A stretch of 64,000 bases of DNA from Candidatus Omnitrophota bacterium (lineage in GTDB: Bacteria; Omnitrophota; Gorgyraeia; Gygaellales; Profunditerraquicolaceae). Location: NCBI GenBank assembly GCA_041661605.1, contig JBAZUE010000001.1, positions 798,928-862,927 on the forward strand, in the 5' to 3' direction. The position numbers were made by a program, and so were the translations under genes. Below the pieces are notes generated by a model. The model was not told the DNA's origin and ran no database searches. It saw only the letters and a list, made by a program, of their open reading frames with translations. Of this stretch, positions 53,750 through 64,000 are shown piece after piece; position 1 is the first letter of the stretch; each line of letters starts with the position of its first letter.

Positions 53750-55417
53750 TTATGCCAACCCGTCGATCATCTTGTTTATGGCCTGGCCTGCCGGAACCAT
53801 CGGCCAGACGTTTTCTTCCGGTTCTATCCGGAAATCAACAAACACCGTATTGTCCGTTTTAATTGTTTTCTCAAGGGCTTTACGCACCTCGGACTTCTTG
53901 GTTACCCGTATCCCGATGGCCCCGTAACTGGCAGCTAATTTCACATAATCCGGGCTGGTGATCGGAGTATAGGAATAGCGTTTTTTATAAAATAACTCCT
54001 GCCACTGCCTGACCATTCCCAGAAAACCATTGTTAAAAATCAATACCTTCACGTTTATTTTATTCGCTACACAAGTAGCCAACTCCTGGATATTCATCTG
54101 TATAGAGCCATCTCCGGCTATATTGAAAACCTCTTTGTCAGGCCGGCCGATCTTTGCCCCAATTGCCGCCGGGAACCCAAATCCCATTGTCCCCAGGCCT
54201 CCTGATGAAATGAATGTACGGGGAGTAAGATACTTATACCACTGACAGGCCCACATCTGGCTCTGTCCCACTTCGGTACAGATCACCGCATCCCCCTTGG
54301 TTAAATCCCAAAGCTGCTCAAGGATATACTGGGGTTTGATCAACTTACCGGTATGCTTATAAGCCAAAGGATGTTTCTTCTTCCAAGCCTCCACAGTCTT
54401 AAGCCAGCTTTGAGTATCAGGAGCCTTTTTGATCTGCTTAATCAACGGGCCAAGAATGTTTTTAGCATCCCCTACTATTGGAACATCCACCTTGACATTC
54501 TTACTGATTGATGAAGGGTCAATATCGATATGGATCACCTTGGCGTATGGAGCAAACGTATCAAGCCTGCCGGTTACGCGGTCATCGAAACGGGCCCCTA
54601 TAGCAATGATTAAATCTGACTCCATGATAGCGTGATTGGCGTAAGCAGTGCCGTGCATGCCAAGCATGCCAAGTGATAGTTTATGCGTGCCGGCAAAAGC
54701 GCCCAAGCCCATAAAAGTAGTGGTTACCGGAGCCTGTATTTTCTCGGCCAGTTCCCTTAACAAAATATGGGCCCCTGAACTGATTATCCCGCCGCCGGCG
54801 TAAATAATAGGTTTTTTGGCGGCAGAAATTAATTTAGCAGCTTTCTTGATTTGTCCTGGATGGCCTGAATAAGTAGGCTGGTAGCTGCGTATCTTTATTT
54901 TTCCGGGCCAGATAAATTCAGTTTCAGCGCGCTGCACATCCACGGGAATATCAACTAGCACAGGTCCGGGCCTGCCGCTGGAAGCGATATAAAAAGCCTC
55001 AGCAATAGTCCGGCTCAAGTCTTTTACATCTTTGACCAGAAAATTATGTTTGGTTATGGGCCGGGTGATACCGGTAACATCGGCCTCCTGAAAAGCGTCA
55101 TTACCGATTAAATGCGTACCCACCTGGCCGGTTATCGCCACCATAGGAATGGAATCCATGTAAGCATTGGCAATTCCGGTTACCAGATTCGTCGCTCCAG
55201 GTCCACTGGTTGCCAGACATACCCCCACCTTTCCGGTGGCTCGGGAAAATCCGTCAGCAGCGTGCGCCGCACCCTGTTCATGGCGGGTCAAAATAAATTT
55301 TATATCAAAGTCATAAAGCTGGTCAAATATAGGCAAAACCTGGCCTCCGGGATAACCAAAGATCACCTCTGTCCCCGCCCGCTTCAAAGACTCCAATAAT
55401 ATTTGTGCTCCAGTCAT
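53750..55417 (-). CDS. ilvB: acetolactate synthase large subunit
   Basis: 555 aa. GYPGG....., and the TPP motif GDGSIQMNIQELAT...NNG.LGMVRQWQ. Confidence 0.93.
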   Translation of the reverse strand: MTGAQILLESLKRAGTEVIFGYPGGQVLPIFDQLYDFDIKFILTRHEQGAAHAADGFSRATGKVGVCLATSGPGATNLVTGIANAYMDSIPMVAITGQVGTHLIGNDAFQEADVTGITRPITKHNFLVKDVKDLSRTIAEAFYIASSGRPGPVLVDIPVDVQRAETEFIWPGKIKIRSYQPTYSGHPGQIKKAAKLISAAKKPIIYAGGGIISSGAHILLRELAEKIQAPVTTTFMGLGAFAGTHKLSLGMLGMHGTAYANHAIMESDLIIAIGARFDDRVTGRLDTFAPYAKVIHIDIDPSSISKNVKVDVPIVGDAKNILGPLIKQIKKAPDTQSWLKTVEAWKKKHPLAYKHTGKLIKPQYILEQLWDLTKGDAVICTEVGQSQMWACQWYKYLTPRTFISSGGLGTMGFGFPAAIGAKIGRPDKEVFNIAGDGSIQMNIQELATCVANKINVKVLIFNNGFLGMVRQWQELFYKKRYSYTPITSPDYVKLAASYGAIGIRVTKKSEVRKALEKTIKTDNTVFVDFRIEPEENVWPMVPAGQAINKMIDGLA

Positions 55418-55472
55418 TTTATTTTAACTTACTATGGAAAATATTATCAATTCTTAGGAAATTCCGCATTTT

Positions 55473-57125
55473 CTAAAGTAGAATCGCTCCCTTATCCGCG
55501 GAGCTGACTAATCTGGAATAACGGGAAAGATACCCCGTCTTGATCTTAGGCGCAACCGGTTTCCAGCCTTTAAACCTCTTTTCTATTTCCGCCTTGCTCA
55601 AATCTAATTCAATCTTACGATTCGGTATATCGATAGTTATTGTATCACCATCCCTGATAATTGCAATCGGCCCGCCTGCGGAAGCCTCGGGTGAAATATG
55701 GCCGATACATGGGCCCTTAGTTCCTCCGGAGAAACGCCCGTCTGTAATCAGGGCAACCGAATCCGCCAGCCCTAAGCCGACGATCGCTGCGGTAGGAGCA
55801 AGCATCTCGCGCATCCCCGGACCTCCGGATGGCCCCTCATAACGGATAACGATACAATCCCCTTTTTTAATTTTATTCTCCATAATCGCTTGCATCGCCT
55901 CTTCTTCGCGATTAAATACCCGGGCTCGTCCGGAAAATTTCATCATCTTTTCACTTACCCCGGACTGTTTAACTACTGCTCCGCCTGGAGCGATATTACC
56001 ATGGAGAATCGCAATCCCACCCTGTTTATGATATGCCCTATCTAAAGGGCGGATCACATCATCATCAAAAATAACCGCTTTATCGGCAATTTCAAATGTT
56101 TTCTCACCACTTACATTTAAAACATTATTCAATTTAGACTTCAGTCTTTTTAAGACTGCGGGAATCCCGCCCGCATATTCTATGTCTTCCATAAAATGCT
56201 CGCCTGCTGGTTCAATATTGGAAATATGCGGGACCCCTTTACTAATTTTATCAAAAGTCTTAAGATCCAAATCTATCCCTGCTTCATGAGCAATCGCCAT
56301 AAGATGCAAAACCGTGTTGCTTGATCCGCCTAAAGCCATATCCACAACAATGGCATTCTCCAGTGACTTTTGAGTAATGATGTCACGCGGTTTAATATCT
56401 TTCTTAACTAACTCTACAATCCGCTCACCGGTTGCCTGGGCAAGACGGCGTTTCTTAGCTGAGCCGGCCAAAGCTGTGCCGCAACCGGGAATAGACATGC
56501 CCATTGTTTCTGTAAGGCAGGCCATAGTGTTTGCAGTGTATAAGCCCTGGCATGAGCCTTGCCCGGGGCAGGCCTCCATCTCTAAACAAGTTAACTCTTC
56601 CTGGGAAATATCCCCTTTTTTAGCCCTGCCCATACCTTCATAAGTATCATGCACAAAAGCTAACTTACGTTTATTAAAACGCCCTGAGACCATTGGCCCG
56701 GCAGTAATAATTATTGCCGGTATGTTTAATCGCGCTACGCCCATAAGCATACCCGGAGTGATTTTATCGCAGTTGGTAAGGCAAACTATCCCATCCAATT
56801 GGTGCGCATTACAGACTGTCTCAATAATATCAGCTACAAGCTCTCTTAAGGCCAAAGGATAGCACATTCCCAAATGGCCCATGGCTATGCCGTCGCAGAT
56901 ACCGGGCACACCGAATAAAAATGGCACTCCGCCGCCATAGCAAACCCCGCGCTCAATAAACCTTTCCAGGTCGCGCATGCCGACATGTCCGGGAATAAGA
57001 TCCGTAAAAGATGTGGCTACTCCGATAAAGGGACGCTTTAAATCATTACGCGACAGCCCGGTAGCATGTAAAAGTGCCCGATGCGGAACTCGCTCCAAAC
57101 CTTTTTTTATTTGATCTGAACGCAT
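55473..57125 (-). CDS. ilvD: dihydroxy-acid dehydratase
   Basis: I chose the start at MRSDQIKKG, which is typical for IlvD and does not overlap fba. Has CDKITPGM and GGSTN blocks. Confidence 0.92.
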   Translation of the reverse strand: MRSDQIKKGLERVPHRALLHATGLSRNDLKRPFIGVATSFTDLIPGHVGMRDLERFIERGVCYGGGVPFLFGVPGICDGIAMGHLGMCYPLALRELVADIIETVCNAHQLDGIVCLTNCDKITPGMLMGVARLNIPAIIITAGPMVSGRFNKRKLAFVHDTYEGMGRAKKGDISQEELTCLEMEACPGQGSCQGLYTANTMACLTETMGMSIPGCGTALAGSAKKRRLAQATGERIVELVKKDIKPRDIITQKSLENAIVVDMALGGSSNTVLHLMAIAHEAGIDLDLKTFDKISKGVPHISNIEPAGEHFMEDIEYAGGIPAVLKRLKSKLNNVLNVSGEKTFEIADKAVIFDDDVIRPLDRAYHKQGGIAILHGNIAPGGAVVKQSGVSEKMMKFSGRARVFNREEEAMQAIMENKIKKGDCIVIRYEGPSGGPGMREMLAPTAAIVGLGLADSVALITDGRFSGGTKGPCIGHISPEASAGGPIAIIRDGDTITIDIPNRKIELDLSKAEIEKRFKGWKPVAPKIKTGYLSRYSRLVSSADKGAILL

Positions 57126-57141
57126 AAGATCTCCTTTGTAA

Positions 57142-58467
57142 CTAGTCGGCGCCTTCTCCGTCATGCACTACACCTGCTGCATCCTGGCGCTTACGCACAA
57201 TCACCCTTTTTAAAGCAACATATTTATCAACTTGACTTGCGTTATTTACAGCATTTAATTGCTTAAAGAGAAAGTCAAATTTGTTTTCAATCTCCCGGGC
57301 AATCGCGTCTCGGACATCCTGGGGCAGAGACATAATCTCTTTTTTAAAAACGCCTAATGCTTTTTTCCTGGTTTTATAGAAAAACTGCTCCTCAGTCTCA
57401 CCTGCTTTAGCCTCATTGGCAGCATTAACTTTAAGCCAATCGTAAATCTTTTTCTTTAGATCCGCGGGAAAATGTTTGGAGTCATAAATCATGTTTTGAA
57501 ACTGCGTAGCAAGATGCACTTCACAAGTCTGGCATTCCGGGAACTTATGGAATGCCTCCTCGGGCAAGGTTGATGCGCCATGCTGCACAGCGCCGCCCAA
57601 ACCAAACTCTTTGCGTGCCAATGCCGAAAGATTCTTTAGCGTCTCAAAATCCAGTTTTACCTGGGCAATAGAACCATCGGGCAAAACCACTCCGCCGTGG
57701 CTTGTCCCGGTCTGAATAGAAATCTTGCTGATGCCGGTAAGCCCCTTACGCAGACGCTGTTTAAAGCCTTCCATAAACGCGCGCAGATCCTCCGGGGTTG
57801 AATTCTGATGCCCTACCTCACCGATCTCGCCGCCGACAGAAACAGTTATTCCTTTTGGCTCAATGCGGCGGATAAATTGGGTAAGTTTAGCGCATACTTC
57901 ATAGTTAGAGAATTGTTGATCTTTTACTTTTGGCTTGCTCAAATCAACCAGAGTTGAAGAATCAATATCAATGTTGTAAAAACCCGCCCCCACCGCCTCA
58001 GTAATTAAAGCCTGGAGCGCTTCAATCTCTTTATCCGGGTTATCCTGGTATTTCTTTAAGTTCGCCTGGAAATGATCTCCCTGTATAAATACCGGTCCAC
58101 TATAATCTTCTTTGATTGCCGCAGCTAAAATTACCGCAGAATATTCAACCGGGGGTTGAGCAGTATAACCCATCTCGGATTTAGCAATCTCAAATATAAA
58201 CGCCTTGGCATTATTCTTCTTGCCCACCCGAAAAATAGCCCTGGATAAATCATAAGTTAAACTACGCAGGTTTATCGCAGGCACTGTAGAGCCGCTAAAC
58301 TCTTCCCTGCCGCGAGCCATATAGTAATCATGGATACTGGAAGGATAAATATTCTTTTTATAGGCAATATCCCAAATTTTCTTGGCTAATTTCTTTTTCT
58401 CCGAAACATCATCCGTCAAGACCAAATCCGTCACCAGCTTGTCAATACTTAAAGATTTCCTTCCCAT
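57142..58467 (-). CDS. fba: class II fructose/ketose-bisphosphate aldolase (long form)
   Basis: 441 aa. PAINLRS..., [16 protein letters not shown] and LHGAS-type blocks (VQHGASTLP). Confidence 0.75.
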   Translation of the reverse strand: MGRKSLSIDKLVTDLVLTDDVSEKKKLAKKIWDIAYKKNIYPSSIHDYYMARGREEFSGSTVPAINLRSLTYDLSRAIFRVGKKNNAKAFIFEIAKSEMGYTAQPPVEYSAVILAAAIKEDYSGPVFIQGDHFQANLKKYQDNPDKEIEALQALITEAVGAGFYNIDIDSSTLVDLSKPKVKDQQFSNYEVCAKLTQFIRRIEPKGITVSVGGEIGEVGHQNSTPEDLRAFMEGFKQRLRKGLTGISKISIQTGTSHGGVVLPDGSIAQVKLDFETLKNLSALARKEFGLGGAVQHGASTLPEEAFHKFPECQTCEVHLATQFQNMIYDSKHFPADLKKKIYDWLKVNAANEAKAGETEEQFFYKTRKKALGVFKKEIMSLPQDVRDAIAREIENKFDFLFKQLNAVNNASQVDKYVALKRVIVRKRQDAAGVVHDGEGAD

Positions 58468-58499
58468 AACAATTAACTTCTCCTTTCATTACACCTTCC

Positions 58500-59465
58500 C
58501 TAAGTCAGGGCTTTAATCAGGTTGCAAAAATTAGCTATCTTTAATTCTTTTTTCTTTATGGCTGTTTCAAAATCTACCTCTACGATCCTGCCTCCGGTCA
58601 GCCCTAAGGCAATATCAGTCTTGCCGGCAATTAAACAATCAACCGCAACTTTACCCAGATTCAAAGCTATGTCCCGGCTGACAGCAGTCGGGCGTCCCCC
58701 CCTCTGTACATGGCCTAAAACCACTGCCCGGGTTTCTAAGCCCGTCATATCGGTTATCTTTCCGGCAATATCTTCAGCTTTACCTGCTCCCTCGGCAACC
58801 ACGATAATCCAGCTCATTTTCCCTATCAGGTTGCCATGCACTATTTCGTGACAGATAGCTTCTATATTTATCTCTTTTTCCGGGATAAGCACATCTTCGC
58901 AGCCGCCGGCAAGGGCGACAGTCAAAGCAATAAACCCGGACTCTCTGCCCATTACCTCAACCACAAAAATACGCTCCATACTGGTTGCGGTATCGCGTAT
59001 CTTATCAATGGCATCTAACGCTGTATTTATCGCGGTATCAGTACCGATAGTATAATCAATACCATTGACATCATTATCAATGGAAGCCGATACTCCCACA
59101 CAGGGCACCTTATATTTCCCGTAGAAACTGTGTGCCGCGGCAAAAGACCCATTACCACCGATAACAATCAAACCGTCTATGTTATATTTCTTGATAGTCT
59201 CATATGCCCGGTTTTGGCCCTCTTCAGTTTTGAATTCCGGGCAACGCGCAGTCTTTAAAATAGTTCCGCCCTGGTTAATAATCCCCGAGACAGAACGCTG
59301 GTCTAAAGCTTTCAACTCCTCATTGATCAGGCCCCACCAGCCGCGGAAAACCCCCATTACCTCTAATTTCTGATTAATCCCGTAGCGCACAACAGAGCGG
59401 ATTGCCGGATTCATACCCGGGGCATCCCCTCCGGTGGTTAAAACTGCAATTTTATTAATCGCCAT
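58500..59465 (-). CDS. pfkA: ATP-dependent 6-phosphofructokinase
   Basis: 321 aa. GVLTSGGDAPGMN-like start (AVLTTGGDAPGMN), IGGNGS, MGR.SG and LGHVQRGG. Confidence 0.92.
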   Translation of the reverse strand: MAINKIAVLTTGGDAPGMNPAIRSVVRYGINQKLEVMGVFRGWWGLINEELKALDQRSVSGIINQGGTILKTARCPEFKTEEGQNRAYETIKKYNIDGLIVIGGNGSFAAAHSFYGKYKVPCVGVSASIDNDVNGIDYTIGTDTAINTALDAIDKIRDTATSMERIFVVEVMGRESGFIALTVALAGGCEDVLIPEKEINIEAICHEIVHGNLIGKMSWIIVVAEGAGKAEDIAGKITDMTGLETRAVVLGHVQRGGRPTAVSRDIALNLGKVAVDCLIAGKTDIALGLTGGRIVEVDFETAIKKKELKIANFCNLIKALT

Positions 59466-59513
59466 ACCAACCTCTCCCTACATTCCTGCCGGCAGGCAGG
59501 CTGAATACTGATT

Positions 59514-60770
59514 TCAAGTACCCATTTCCCAGCTAGCTAAATATTTCTTCTGCTCCGGGGTAAGCACGTCTATTTTAATCCCCATAGATTTAAGCTTAAG
59601 TCCGGCAATATTTTTATCAATGTCTTCCGGAACTGTATAAACCTGCTTCTTCAATTTGCGATAATTCTTGGCCATATATTCCGCAGAGAATGCCTGGTTA
59701 GCAAAAGACATATCCATAACGCTTGCCGGGTGTCCTTCAGCTGCCGCCAGATTAATCAGGCGGCCTTCCCCTAAAATATAAATCTTGCGGTTGTCTTTTA
59801 AGGTATATTCATCGACAAAATCACGGGTTGCCCTTTTAGACTTAGCTATTTCTGTCAAACCGGGAATATCGATTTCAACATTAAAATGACCTGAGTTAGC
59901 CACAATGGCGCCGTCTTTCATCAAACCAAAATGTTCTTTACGGATTACGTTAATATCGCCTGTGACCGTTACGAAAATATCACCTATTTTGGCTGCCTCT
60001 TTAATCGGCATAACCCTAAAACCATCCATAGTCGCCTCAAGAGCCCGCAAAGGGTCAACTTCGATAACGATTACCTTCGCGCCCATCCCCTTAGCGCGCA
60101 TGGCTGCGCCTTTACCGCACCAGCCATAACCGCAAACTACGAAATTGGCTCCGGCAATAAGTTTATTAGTCGAGCGGATAATCCCGTCAAGAGTCGACTG
60201 GCCCGTGCCATAACGGTTATCAAAAAGATGCTTAGTTAAAGCATCATTAACCGCGATTATTGGATAACGCAGTTTACCTTCTTTAGCCAGGGCACGCAGG
60301 CGGATCACTCCGGTAGTAGTCTCCTCTGTACCGCCAATAATATTGGCATGTTCATCAACGGGACGCTGATGAATTGTGCTTACCAGGTCTGCTCCGTCAT
60401 CCATGGTAATATCCGGCTTAACTGATAAAGCGGATTTTATGTGGCTATAATAAGTCTTGGTATCCTCGCCTTTAATCGCAAAAACAGCAACCTTCAGATC
60501 TTTTACCAAAGCAGCAGCTACATCATCCTGGGTAGAAAGCGGATTTGATGCGCAAATATATAAATCTGCGCCGCCTGATTTTAAAACATCCGTTAACACG
60601 GCGGTCTCCGTAGTAACATGCAGACAGCAGGCAATCTTTAAGCCTGCTAAAGGCTTCTCCCTGGAGAACCTCTGCTTAATCAAACTAAGCACAGGCATAT
60701 TTTTGCCTGCCCATTCAATTCTTAAGGCGCCTTTCTTAGCTAAATTTATATCTTTAATATCATATTTCAT
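59514..60770 (-). CDS. ahcY: adenosylhomocysteinase
   Basis: 418 aa. [12 protein letters not shown]..., DDGADL, the NAD motif CGYGWCGKG, and GHFNVEID. Confidence 0.93.
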   Translation of the reverse strand: MKYDIKDINLAKKGALRIEWAGKNMPVLSLIKQRFSREKPLAGLKIACCLHVTTETAVLTDVLKSGGADLYICASNPLSTQDDVAAALVKDLKVAVFAIKGEDTKTYYSHIKSALSVKPDITMDDGADLVSTIHQRPVDEHANIIGGTEETTTGVIRLRALAKEGKLRYPIIAVNDALTKHLFDNRYGTGQSTLDGIIRSTNKLIAGANFVVCGYGWCGKGAAMRAKGMGAKVIVIEVDPLRALEATMDGFRVMPIKEAAKIGDIFVTVTGDINVIRKEHFGLMKDGAIVANSGHFNVEIDIPGLTEIAKSKRATRDFVDEYTLKDNRKIYILGEGRLINLAAAEGHPASVMDMSFANQAFSAEYMAKNYRKLKKQVYTVPEDIDKNIAGLKLKSMGIKIDVLTPEQKKYLASWEMGT

Positions 60771-60805
60771 AACTATGCCCTCTCTTTAAGTTGCTGCCTC
60801 TTATT

Positions 60806-61975
60806 TTATAAACAGCTGGCTTGTTTTTTTAATGCTGCCGCTTTATCCGTCTTCTCCCAGGTAAAAGTCGGCTCCGTCCTGCCAAAATGCCCATAACTGG
60901 CAGTCTTTCTATATATGGGCCGGCGTAAATTCAACGACTCAATAATGCCTTTAGGAGTAAGCTGAAAATTCTGCCGTATTAATTTTACTAAAGACTCTTC
61001 CGGGATAACCGAAGTCCCCTCTGTTTTTACCATAACCGATAGGGGTTCAGCATGTCCAATAACATAAGCCAGCTGGATAAGGCATTTCTCCGCCAGGCCC
61101 GCTGCCACAATATTCTTGGCAATATAACGGCACATATATGCCGCTGAACGGTCAACTTTAGTAGGATCCTTGCCGGAAAACGCCCCGCCGCCATGGGCAA
61201 CCGCGCCGCCGTAAGTATCCACGATTATCTTCCTGCCGGTCATGCCGGTATCAGACTGCGGTCCGCCAACTACAAATTTTCCCGTCTGGTTAACAAAATA
61301 TTTGGTATCTTTATCCACCCAGCCTTTAAGAATCGGACCGGCCACTTCCCTGATAATTTCAAGCCGGGCTTTTTCAGTGATGCGTTTTCCGCTTTTATCC
61401 AGGATATCCTCGGTATGCTGAGAAGCCAATACCACGGAATCCACGCGCACCGGTTTATCGTTATCGTATTCCACAGTCACCTGGGTCTTGCCATCCGGGC
61501 CAAGGTATTTTAAAATCTTGTTTTTACGCACCTCTGTCAGGCGCATAGCAAGTTTCTGCGCCAGCATCAAAGCCAGCGGCATCAATTCTTTGGTCTCTTT
61601 GCAGGCATAACCAAACATAATCCCCTGGTCTCCTGCTCCGCCGGCATCGACCCCTTGGGAGATATCCGGAGACTGGGAATGGATAGCGTTAAGTATGGCG
61701 CAGGTATGGAAATCAAACCCGTATTTAGGATGATTATACCCTATCTCTTCAATAATATTCCTGCAGATTTCATGTACATGTATAAAACCACGGGTGGTTA
61801 TCTCCCCGCCTACGATCAAAAGCCCCATCGTCACATAAGTTTCACAGGCCACGCGCGCGTAAATATCATTTTTTAAACAAGCATCCAATACCCCATCTGA
61901 AATCTGATCGCATAGTTTATCCGGATGACCTTCAGTTACTGACTCAGAAGAAAAATAAACTTTCCGCACTGACAT
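60806..61975 (-). CDS. metK: S-adenosylmethionine synthase
   Basis: 389 aa. [17 protein letters not shown] and GGGAFSGKD. Confidence 0.95.
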   Translation of the reverse strand: MSVRKVYFSSESVTEGHPDKLCDQISDGVLDACLKNDIYARVACETYVTMGLLIVGGEITTRGFIHVHEICRNIIEEIGYNHPKYGFDFHTCAILNAIHSQSPDISQGVDAGGAGDQGIMFGYACKETKELMPLALMLAQKLAMRLTEVRKNKILKYLGPDGKTQVTVEYDNDKPVRVDSVVLASQHTEDILDKSGKRITEKARLEIIREVAGPILKGWVDKDTKYFVNQTGKFVVGGPQSDTGMTGRKIIVDTYGGAVAHGGGAFSGKDPTKVDRSAAYMCRYIAKNIVAAGLAEKCLIQLAYVIGHAEPLSVMVKTEGTSVIPEESLVKLIRQNFQLTPKGIIESLNLRRPIYRKTASYGHFGRTEPTFTWEKTDKAAALKKQASCL

Positions 61976-62003
61976 AACCCCTCCATAATTTTTATCCAGA
62001 AAA

Positions 62004-62030
62004 GTCCTGACGAGCGAAGCGAGTCAGGAC
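62004..62030 (-). terminator. hairpin with U-tract between the nucleotidyltransferase gene and metK
   Basis: On the minus strand gtcctgac-tcgcttcgctc-gtcaggac followed by TTTTCTGG. It starts 10 nt after the upstream stop and ends 28 nt before the metK ATG. Confidence 0.55.
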
Positions 62031-62039
62031 GCTCCTTGG

Positions 62040-62777
62040 TTAGGCAAATTTTTCTTTTGCCGCGTTTAGGTACTTATAATCACCGATATCAAACCAAAAA
62101 CCGCTGAATACATATCCGTAAACAGGCGCCCTATCTTTAAGCCAGGCAATATATCCTCCGGTGGCATCAATTTTATTTTTCCTGCCATGGATATATTCTT
62201 TAATCAAACCCAGCCCATCTTTAGGGATAAAGTAGAGACACATCGCTACCAGCCGACTTTGCGGATGCAGGGGTTTTTCTTCAAAACTAATCACTTTCTT
62301 ATGACTATCTAACTTGGCCACCCCATAACGGCTGGCGTCTCTTTTCTGTTTTAATCTATACAGACCAATATTTACAGCCCGGGAATTTCTCTTGATTGAA
62401 TTCAGGAAAACATTCAAGGAACCGCTGAACAGATTATCTCCTCCAATTACCAAAAGATCATCACAGATATTTTTCTTGGCTATCACAAAGTTCATATCCC
62501 CGATAGAACCCAGCCTGTCATGGTTGCTCTTAGTCAAATCATCGACCAGAATTATCTTTTTGGAAGATTTAACTGTCTTAGCCCACTTGCGAAAAACCTG
62601 GATAAATTTGCTGTTAGTAACAATATAAATCTCATCAATAGCACTGACAGAATCTAATTTATCAACTATGTAATTTATAATCGGCCTGCCCTTAATTTCC
62701 AGCAGCGGTTTAGGATACTGCCTGGTTAATGGGTAAAGCCGAGTCGCATAGCCCGCGGCTAAAATTAACGCCTTCAT
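62040..62777 (-). CDS. sugar-phosphate nucleotidyltransferase (NTP-transferase family)
   Basis: 245 aa. N-terminal MKALILAAGYATRLYPLT (G-x-G-T-R-L motif). Substrate unknown. Confidence 0.75.
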   Translation of the reverse strand: MKALILAAGYATRLYPLTRQYPKPLLEIKGRPIINYIVDKLDSVSAIDEIYIVTNSKFIQVFRKWAKTVKSSKKIILVDDLTKSNHDRLGSIGDMNFVIAKKNICDDLLVIGGDNLFSGSLNVFLNSIKRNSRAVNIGLYRLKQKRDASRYGVAKLDSHKKVISFEEKPLHPQSRLVAMCLYFIPKDGLGLIKEYIHGRKNKIDATGGYIAWLKDRAPVYGYVFSGFWFDIGDYKYLNAAKEKFA

Positions 62778-62778
62778 C

Positions 62779-64000
62779 CTATCTTAAAATCTCCGCTAAT
62801 TTCTTTCTGGCAAACTCTTCTACCTCGGTGCCGGTTGAAAGCTTCATTGCTTCACGTGCAATCTCCTGCACATTTTTAAACCCTATGGCGCGAATTATGA
62901 ATTTTAGCTCCGGGATTACCTGCGGCGGAACGCTAAATTCATCCAACCCCAGGCCCAAAAGAATAATTGCCAGCGAAGGTTCGCCGGCCATCTCACCGCA
63001 CATTGCCACTTTAATCTCTGCCTCATGCGCTGCGTCGATAACCTGTTTTACCATCCTCAAGACTGCCGGGTGCGCCGGCTCATACAGATAAGCTACTTTT
63101 TCATTACCGCGGTCAACCGCTAAGCAATATTGAATCAAGTCATTTGTCCCGATACTGAAAAAATCCGCCTCTTTCGCTAAAATATCAGCGGTCATTGCCG
63201 CCGAAGGGACCTCAATCATCACACCGACCAGGATCTTATCATCAAACTCAAGGCCCTTTTGCCTTAGCTCATCTTTTGCTTCCTGGAGCAGGCCATTGGC
63301 CTGACGCAATTCCTCAATCCCGGAAACCATAGGATACATAAGCTTCAGGTTGCCATAAACCGAGGCCCTCAAGATAGCGCGCAGCTGCAATTTAAATATA
63401 TCCGGACGCGCCAGGCAAAATCTGATCGCCCTCCAACCCAAAAACGGCTGCATTTCATGGGGGATCTGGAACTGCGAAAGGAATTTATCCCCCCCTAAAT
63501 CCAAGGTGCGGATAACTACCGGATGCGGATTCATCTGCTCGGCAACATACTTATAAGCTTGATAATGCTCTTCTTCGCTGGGGGAATCCTTACGGTTCAT
63601 ATAAAAAAACTCTGTGCGGTAAAGACCGATACCCTGGCTGCCATGCAGCTTGACAGATGAAACCTCATCGGGAAATTCAATATTAGCATTAATTAAAATC
63701 GACCGGCCGTCAGTGGTAACCGCAGGAAGCTCTTTAACCGACAAAAACCTTTCGGCTATATTCTTTAATTTTACCAGCTCCTGCTGATAATTCTTAAGCG
63801 TCTCATCATCGGGGTTGATAATTACCGTACCGGTGTTGCCGTCAACAATAAGAATGTCCCCTATATTAACTTTGGAGGTAATCCCTTCCAAACCTACTAC
63901 TGCGGGTATCTCCAGGGATTTAGCCATAATCGCGGTATGCGAAGTCTTGCCGCCCATGTCAGTAACAAAAGCAGCGACATTTTTGGTATGCATTGCCGCG
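62779..64000 (-). CDS. ptsI: phosphoenolpyruvate-protein phosphotransferase (PTS enzyme I family), with the N-terminus cut off by the window edge
   Basis: GGKTSHTAIMAKSLEIPAVVG (phospho-His loop), GIGLYRTEF, IRTLDLGGDK, GTNDLIQY and CGEMAG. The frame stays open to position 64000. Confidence 0.85.
   Translation of the reverse strand, partial: AAMHTKNVAAFVTDMGGKTSHTAIMAKSLEIPAVVGLEGITSKVNIGDILIVDGNTGTVIINPDDETLKNYQQELVKLKNIAERFLSVKELPAVTTDGRSILINANIEFPDEVSSVKLHGSQGIGLYRTEFFYMNRKDSPSEEEHYQAYKYVAEQMNPHPVVIRTLDLGGDKFLSQFQIPHEMQPFLGWRAIRFCLARPDIFKLQLRAILRASVYGNLKLMYPMVSGIEELRQANGLLQEAKDELRQKGLEFDDKILVGVMIEVPSAAMTADILAKEADFFSIGTNDLIQYCLAVDRGNEKVAYLYEPAHPAVLRMVKQVIDAAHEAEIKVAMCGEMAGEPSLAIILLGLGLDEFSVPPQVIPELKFIIRAIGFKNVQEIAREAMKLSTGTEVEEFARKKLAEILR

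Noticed and set aside
59485-59496. Perfect 12-bp palindrome CCTGCCGGCAGG between ahcY and pfkA.
   Set aside because: As RNA it gives only a 4-bp stem with a 4-nt loop, and no U-tract follows. It is a single occurrence with no recognisable function, so it is probably chance or a restriction-type site.
61976-62039. Possible SAM riboswitch upstream of metK.
   Set aside because: The gap is only 64 nt and holds a single simple hairpin. That is far too short for any SAM riboswitch class, and I saw no matching conserved cores.

Overview
This is a 64-kb, AT-rich window, probably from an uncultivated anaerobic diderm bacterium. That guess rests on pyruvate:ferredoxin oxidoreductase, ferredoxin, type III glutamine synthetase, a BamE-like lipoprotein, a beta-barrel OMP and a prepilin peptidase. 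The taxonomy cannot be checked from here.

I call 68 CDS, 66 of them on the minus strand and many joined by overlapping stop/start codons. I saw no rRNA, tRNA, CRISPR array, transposase or integrase.

Gene content, left to right:
- envelope proteins and an SPFH protein
- purine operon purB / purSL-LOG-purQ-purF-purM
- a 3.3-kb accessory islet: a BrnT/BrnA-like TA cassette bounded by inverted repeats, a secreted tail-fibre-like protein with a peptidase-S74 chaperone domain, an XRE regulator and RadC
- pyrG
- a large nitrogen block: a sigma factor; OMP-amt-glnK-(59-aa HTH); amt-glnK; amt-glnK; glnN; fis-like-gltB-gltD
- ppiD, then porGDAB with a ferritin-like protein and a ferredoxin
- a run of small conserved genes (short MetE-like, PNPOx-like, ybaB, LUD, tlpA-like/ccdA, cutA, pgeF, DUF167, rmuC, ttcA)
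- malQ, pilD, aroE, leuA-ilvCNBD, fba, pfkA, ahcY, metK, a sugar nucleotidyltransferase and a truncated ptsI

The best candidate for something undescribed is regulatory. A 34-nt bipartite box (TAATACAAGTAA[GA]-N13-TGGTAAC[CT] on the plus strand) occurs three times with fixed internal spacing. Each copy lies 145-155 nt upstream of a nitrogen operon (glnN, amt-glnK, OMP-amt-glnK) and is followed by a leader with an intrinsic-terminator hairpin. Mutually exclusive alternative pairings can be drawn for all three, most clearly upstream of amt1 and of the OMP gene. A small sigma-70-family gene sits next to it with its own long leader carrying two terminator-like hairpins, and two tiny HTH proteins are embedded in the same operons.

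Other second-look items:
- a GC-rich structured repeat family with three copies
- a 51-nt palindromic element inserted in frame in purL
- a gene-conversion tract between the glnK paralogues
- a phage-immunity-like face-to-face promoter switch between the XRE gene and the tail-fibre-like gene

All calls were made by eye from the sequence and the ORF track. No database search was run.
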